DNA of 64,000 nt from Clostridia bacterium (GTDB taxonomy: Bacteria > Bacillota > Clostridia > UBA1212 > DUPL01): positions 608,001-672,000 of the forward strand of contig JBMNIW010000012.1 in the NCBI GenBank assembly GCA_050951325.1, given 5' to 3'. The notes below the pieces were generated by a model. It saw only the letters and a list, made by a program, of their open reading frames with translations, made no database searches and was not told the origin of the DNA. Positions 59,556 through 64,000 of the stretch are shown one piece after another. The position numbers and the translations under genes are program-made. The number at the start of each line of letters is the position of its first letter. Within the stretch, counting starts at the first letter, position 1.

Positions 59556-60158
59556 ATGAATCTACCCAACAAAATTACCATTGCAAGAATTATTATGATT
59601 CCAGTATTCATGCTTTTTGCATTTCCTTTACCTGCATGGTTTCCTGGAGAAAAGTTTTTCTCAGGACGCTATTCAGCGTTGATAGCCTTGATACTATACA
59701 TCATTGCATCAGTTACAGACACGGTGGATGGTCACATAGCAAGGAAATACAATTTGATAACGAGTTTTGGAAAATTTCTTGACCCAATCGCTGATAAACT
59801 TCTTGTAATGGCAGCAATGCTTGCTTTGGTGCCGATGAATAAAATGTATCTTTGGATAGCTATGATAATACTTACAAGAGAGTTTATTGTAACTGGTGTC
59901 AGGCTTGTTGCAGCGAGCGAAGGTGTTGTAATAGCGGCAGGCAAGGGCGGCAAGCTTAAAATGGTGTTGCAGACAATTGCACTTATAACCCTTCTCGCAT
60001 CAAAATTGTTTGAAGGTACGACAGGACTGGCTGAAACAATAGGGGCGGTAGTAATTGTGTTTGGTGATGTAATGCTGATTGCAGCAGCCATTGTTACTAT
60101 TGTTTCCGGATTTGAATATGTGAAAAACAATTTAAGTTTGATAGCAAAAGATATGTAA
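59556..60158 (+). CDS. pgsA: CDP-diacylglycerol--glycerol-3-phosphate phosphatidyltransferase
   Basis: NLPNKIT, DTVDGHIARK..FGKFLDPIADK. Confidence 0.95.
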   Translation: MNLPNKITIARIIMIPVFMLFAFPLPAWFPGEKFFSGRYSALIALILYIIASVTDTVDGHIARKYNLITSFGKFLDPIADKLLVMAAMLALVPMNKMYLWIAMIILTREFIVTGVRLVAASEGVVIAAGKGGKLKMVLQTIALITLLASKLFEGTTGLAETIGAVVIVFGDVMLIAAAIVTIVSGFEYVKNNLSLIAKDM

Positions 60159-60162
60159 GTTT

Positions 60163-60193
60163 GGAAAAGGCTTCAACACCTGAAGCTTTTTCC
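60163..60193 (+). terminator. Intrinsic terminator
   Basis: ggaaaaggcttca-acacc-tgaagctttttcc followed by T-rich sequence. Confidence 0.8.
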
Positions 60194-60255
60194 GTATTTT
60201 TTTCATTTAGTCATAATTTTTCATTCCCAATCATAAAAAATCCTAAAAATTGCTC

Positions 60256-60312
60256 TTGCATTCCTCTGTAAAGTGAGATATAATCTGTTTATTATTATCA
60301 CATGGTAATAAT
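60256..60312 (+). promoter_or_regulatory. fapR promoter and probable FapR operator
   Basis: TTGCAT-17-TATAAT; palindrome attattatca-ca-tggtaataat at 60291-60312. Confidence 0.65.
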
Positions 60313-60359
60313 TTTCTGATATTATTATATATATAGCATATCACTATGGAGGTGCACAG

Positions 60360-60905
60360 TTGGCTGGTAAGTCAGATAAAAGACAGAAAAGACATAAGTT
60401 GTTGATAGAAAAACTCAAGCAGGATCCATTTCTTACAGATTCTGAGCTTGCCGCATATTTGAATGTAAGTGTACCAACCATTAGACTTGACAGAATGCAT
60501 CTCAATATTCCCGAGCTAAGGGAAAGGATGATGGAACTTGCCACGGATGCAACACTACCTGACAAATCAGAGAAATATGGGGAAATAATAGACCTGAAAT
60601 CAGGTAGCTCCGGTATATCGGTAATGGTGACCACCAAAAAGATGTGTTTTGATGAGAGGGATATGGTCAGAGGTTGCTGCCTGTACAGCATGGCGGAATC
60701 ACTTGCCATGACAATCATAGACGAACCTGCGGCATTGATAGGAGTTGCCAACATAAAATACAAGGTACTGGTGACTTCAGATACAAGACTAGTTGCTCGT
60801 GGGGAAGTAAGAGTCAAAAGAGAAAACAGCTTCATTGTATGGGTTAAAATATATAATGACCAAGTTGAAGTTTTTAGCGGAAAATTTATACTTAATAAAG
60901 AATAG
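60360..60905 (+). CDS. fapR: Fatty acid/phospholipid synthesis repressor
   Basis: DPFLTDSELA..VSVPTIRLDR..IPELRER, GEIIDL, AESLA. Confidence 0.92.
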   Translation: MAGKSDKRQKRHKLLIEKLKQDPFLTDSELAAYLNVSVPTIRLDRMHLNIPELRERMMELATDATLPDKSEKYGEIIDLKSGSSGISVMVTTKKMCFDERDMVRGCCLYSMAESLAMTIIDEPAALIGVANIKYKVLVTSDTRLVARGEVRVKRENSFIVWVKIYNDQVEVFSGKFILNKE

Positions 60906-60922
60906 TTGGGTGAGGAGAGTTA

Positions 60923-61915
60923 ATGAGAGTACTTGTAGATGCAATGGGCGGAGACAATGCTCCGCAAGCTATTGTAGAAGGATGCCTTCAGGCATTGGAA
61001 GTGAATAAGGATTTCAGCATAACGCTGATAGGCGAAAGGAGAAAAATCGAAGATCAGTTAATTGACAAGGATTATGACAAGGAAAGACTAACCATAAAGC
61101 ATGCTTCAGAAGTAATAACCAACAACGAAGTGCCCACCAAGGCCATCAAGAAGAAAACGGATTCTTCAATGGTTGTCGGTTTCAATATGCTTAAGAACAG
61201 GGAAGGAGACGTTTTCGTATCTGCTGGAAGCAGTGGAGCATTGCTTGCAGGAAGCGTATTCATTTTAAGAAGAATAAGAGGTATTTCAAGGCCTGCTCTT
61301 GGCTCGATAATACCTACTAAAAGGGGCAGAATCATACTCCTTGATTCAGGGTTGAACTCTGTCATTAGGCCGCAGAACTATCTGCAGTTTGCATACCTTG
61401 GTGCAGCCTATATGAAGAGTATGTTCGGTGTCGAGGATCCCAGAGTAGGGCTTGTAAACGTGGGAACCGAGGAGGAAAAAGGAACCGAGGCGGTAAAGGA
61501 GGCAAATACACTTCTTAGACAGTCTACCTTGAACTATATCGGTTTTATCGAAGGCAAAGATGTGTTTGAGGGGATTGCAGACGTTGTTGTAACGGACGGA
61601 TTTACAGGAAATGTCATGCTCAAACTTATAGAAGGTACTGCAACATACTTTTTCAGGGAAGTAAAAGGTGTATTGTTGCGCAACTGGAAATCAAGAATCG
61701 GAGCAGCGTTTTTAAAGAAGGGTTTTGAGGACTTCAAAAAATCCATGGATCCGGATGTTAATGGAGGAGCTCCAATACTTGGAGTCGATGGCCTGGTCAT
61801 AAAAAGCCATGGAAGCTCCAATGCTCGCACGATAAAGCACGTAATATTGAAAGCAGTAACGCTGGCTGAAAGTGACTTTATTAGCGACATAAAGAAGGAA
61901 ATAAAAAACATGTAA
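60923..61915 (+). CDS. plsX: Phosphate acyltransferase
   Basis: DAMGGDNAP, NVGTEEEKG, DGFTGN, GGAPILG, KSHGSS. Confidence 0.97.
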   Translation: MRVLVDAMGGDNAPQAIVEGCLQALEVNKDFSITLIGERRKIEDQLIDKDYDKERLTIKHASEVITNNEVPTKAIKKKTDSSMVVGFNMLKNREGDVFVSAGSSGALLAGSVFILRRIRGISRPALGSIIPTKRGRIILLDSGLNSVIRPQNYLQFAYLGAAYMKSMFGVEDPRVGLVNVGTEEEKGTEAVKEANTLLRQSTLNYIGFIEGKDVFEGIADVVVTDGFTGNVMLKLIEGTATYFFREVKGVLLRNWKSRIGAAFLKKGFEDFKKSMDPDVNGGAPILGVDGLVIKSHGSSNARTIKHVILKAVTLAESDFISDIKKEIKNM

Positions 61916-61984
61916 TATTATGGTGTATATAACTAAATTAAAATAGACAATAATAATAAACAAAATTTGAAAGGAGAAATGAAA

Positions 61985-62209
61985 ATGTTTGATAAAATCA
62001 AGAAGATTGTTGTTGAACAGCTTGGTGTAGACGAAAGTGAGGTTACACCAGAGGCGTCATTCATCGATGACTTGGGAGCGGATTCTCTTGATATAGTGGA
62101 ACTCATCATGGCTATGGAAGATGAATTCGGTATCGAGATTCCCGACGATGTGGCGGAAAAAATCACAACCGTAGGAGATGCGGTAGAGTACATCAAGACA
62201 ATACAGTAA
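61985..62209 (+). CDS. acpP: Acyl carrier protein
   Basis: [12 protein letters not shown]; RBS aaggag. Confidence 0.97.
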   Translation: MFDKIKKIVVEQLGVDESEVTPEASFIDDLGADSLDIVELIMAMEDEFGIEIPDDVAEKITTVGDAVEYIKTIQ

Positions 62210-62232
62210 TAATAAATACTGTTATATATCAT

Positions 62233-62259
62233 AAGGTGTAATTTGCGTAATTACACCTT
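62233..62259 (+). terminator. Hairpin between acpP and rnc
   Basis: aaggtgtaatt-tgcgt-aattacacctt. Confidence 0.65.
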
Positions 62260-62289
62260 GTGATATTTTTATACCAAAGGATGAGTAGG

Positions 62290-62970
62290 ATGAACAAGAA
62301 AAAGTTAAACGATATTGAAAAAATATTAGGGTATTCGTTTACAGATAAATCATTGCTGACAACTGCTTTAACCCACAGCTCCTATGCAAATGAACAGACC
62401 CCGAAAGTACCCCACAACCAAAGGCTTGAGTTCTTGGGAGATGCGGTTCTGGAACTCATAATAAGCGAGCATATTTATAAAAAGAATCCAGGCATGCATG
62501 AAGGGGAGCTTACAAAGCTAAGAGCTGCGCTCGTTTGCGAGGACACATTATACAAGGTTGCCAGTGATTTATGTATAAACGAATACATTCTATTGGGAGC
62601 AGGAGAGTCTCAAAGAGAGGTTAGAATGTCAATTATGGCCGACTGTTTTGAAAGCATTGTGGCTGCCATTTTTCTTGATGGTGGCTATAAGGCTGCCAAG
62701 AACTTCATAAACCGCAATCTCGAAAAAATATTTAAGTACGGCAGCGCAAGCGGCCAGAAGATAAACTACAAGACGGAACTTCAGGAGAAGTATGCAAGGA
62801 CACACAGCATAGTATATACAATTACGGATGTGGAAGGTCCTGAACACGATTGCGTTTATACAGCAAGAGCTGAAGTTGGAGACAAGTTGGTGGCATACGG
62901 GACAGGCAGATCAAAAAAGGAAGCAGAACAAGATGCTGCAAGAAGGATTCTTGAAATGGACCTTGGATAA
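62290..62970 (+). CDS. rnc: Ribonuclease III
   Basis: ALTHSS, QRLEFLGDAVL, ADCFE, dsRBD with GRSKKEAEQ. Confidence 0.96.
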   Translation: MNKKKLNDIEKILGYSFTDKSLLTTALTHSSYANEQTPKVPHNQRLEFLGDAVLELIISEHIYKKNPGMHEGELTKLRAALVCEDTLYKVASDLCINEYILLGAGESQREVRMSIMADCFESIVAAIFLDGGYKAAKNFINRNLEKIFKYGSASGQKINYKTELQEKYARTHSIVYTITDVEGPEHDCVYTARAEVGDKLVAYGTGRSKKEAEQDAARRILEMDLG

Positions 62971-63031
62971 GCTTTATAATTGTCCTCTTATGTGTTAGAA
63001 TAATTTTAAAAAGATGATAGGAGAAGGTTTT

Positions 63032-63751
63032 ATGATAAAGGTTACTGTTTGGAATGAATTTATACATGAAAATGTAAACGAGCATGTAAGGAGTATTTAT
63101 CCTGAAGGCATTCATAACGAAATAGCAAAGTTTTTAAGCAAAAACGAAGACATACAGGTAAGAACCGCTACATTGAGAGAGCATAATCATGGGCTTGACG
63201 ACGAGATTCTTGACGACACTGACGTCCTTATTTGGTGGGGACACGCGGCCCATCACGAGGTATCTGATGAAATAGTGGCAAAAGTACACGAATGCGTTCT
63301 GAAAGGCATGGGCTTCATAGCGCTTCATTCAGCCCACTACTCAAAACCTTTCATAAAGCTTATGGGCACCAGTTGTTCTCTGAGATGGCGTGATGACGAC
63401 AGGGAAAGGCTTTGGTGTGTAAATCCAGGACATCCAATAGCCAGAGGAGTTCCTGAGTATTTTGAAATACCGAATGAGGAAATGTATGGAGAATTCTTTG
63501 ATATACCGACACCGGATGAACTGGTTTTCTTAGGCTGGTTTAGAGGCGGAGAAGTATTCAGATCAGGTTGCGTATTCAACAGAGGATACGGAAAAGTATT
63601 CTACTTCCAGCCAGGTCATGAAACTCATCCAATTTACAAGGATGAAAACATACAGAGGATCATTACAAACGCAGTATACTATCTAAATCCGGTTAAAAGA
63701 AGAGAAAGGATATCAGCTGATTGCACAAAAGCACCAGAAGAAGACTTGTAA
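63032..63751 (+). CDS. ThuA-like (trehalose utilisation) protein
   Basis: VTVWNE.HE, YPEGIH, DVLIWWGH, LHSAHYSK, EEMYGE, QPGHET. Confidence 0.9.
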   Translation: MIKVTVWNEFIHENVNEHVRSIYPEGIHNEIAKFLSKNEDIQVRTATLREHNHGLDDEILDDTDVLIWWGHAAHHEVSDEIVAKVHECVLKGMGFIALHSAHYSKPFIKLMGTSCSLRWRDDDRERLWCVNPGHPIARGVPEYFEIPNEEMYGEFFDIPTPDELVFLGWFRGGEVFRSGCVFNRGYGKVFYFQPGHETHPIYKDENIQRIITNAVYYLNPVKRRERISADCTKAPEEDL

Positions 63752-64000
63752 TACCAATATTCGTACCTCATGTAGGATGCCCCAGACTTTGCGTATTCTG
63801 CAACCAGAGGTCAATTAGTGGAAATATTAACATACCTTCAAGGCAGGAAACGACCGACACCATAGAGCAGTATCTGGAAGTTGCAAACAGATATGATGTG
63901 GTGGAGGTTGCTTTCTTTGGAGGCAGTTTTACCGCCATACATCCTGCCTTGCAGGAAGATTTCTTATCCTGTGTGTATCCATACATTGGCAAGGGTGTTG
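63721..64000 (+). CDS. Elp3-like radical SAM protein (3'-truncated; absent from ORF track)
   Basis: TTG 63721 after gaaagga; IPIFVPHVGCPRLCVFCNQR (CxxxCxxC), EVAFFGGSFTAI. Confidence 0.88.
   Translation, partial: MHKSTRRRLVIPIFVPHVGCPRLCVFCNQRSISGNINIPSRQETTDTIEQYLEVANRYDVVEVAFFGGSFTAIHPALQEDFLSCVYPYIGKGV

Overview
Core-chromosome segment of a low-GC Clostridia-type (Bacillota) anaerobe; gene content and order resemble Acetivibrio/Clostridiales (inference). It has about 50 CDS and one tRNA-Lys(CTT). No CRISPR array, prophage or integrase was seen. Housekeeping genes: mfd (5'-truncated), pepF, recA-recX-rimO-pgsA, fapR-plsX-acpP-rnc, and an Elp3-like radical SAM gene running off the 3' end. 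Standout loci: (i) a three-gene lipid-linked glycosylation cassette (GT-C + PMT/GT39 + GT2) whose two membrane enzymes carry paralogous CBM4/9-like domains, with Pro/Thr-rich candidate substrates elsewhere in the window; (ii) a GH3 protein that has lost its glucose-binding and canonical nucleophile residues, abutting an NPPTG-anchored surface protein; (iii) a membrane PP2C pseudophosphatase with a frameshifted PT-repeat stalk heading a Sporomusa-type Nfn (StnABC-like) operon; (iv) an amidase with dockerin-SH3-cohesin-dockerin architecture; (v) a full-length cyclic beta-1,2-glucan synthase in a monoderm, behind a forespore-sigma-like promoter; (vi) a solitary RAYT-like HUH nuclease without recognisable REPs; (vii) a fapR operon lacking fab enzyme genes. 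All calls come from motif recognition by eye, with no database search.
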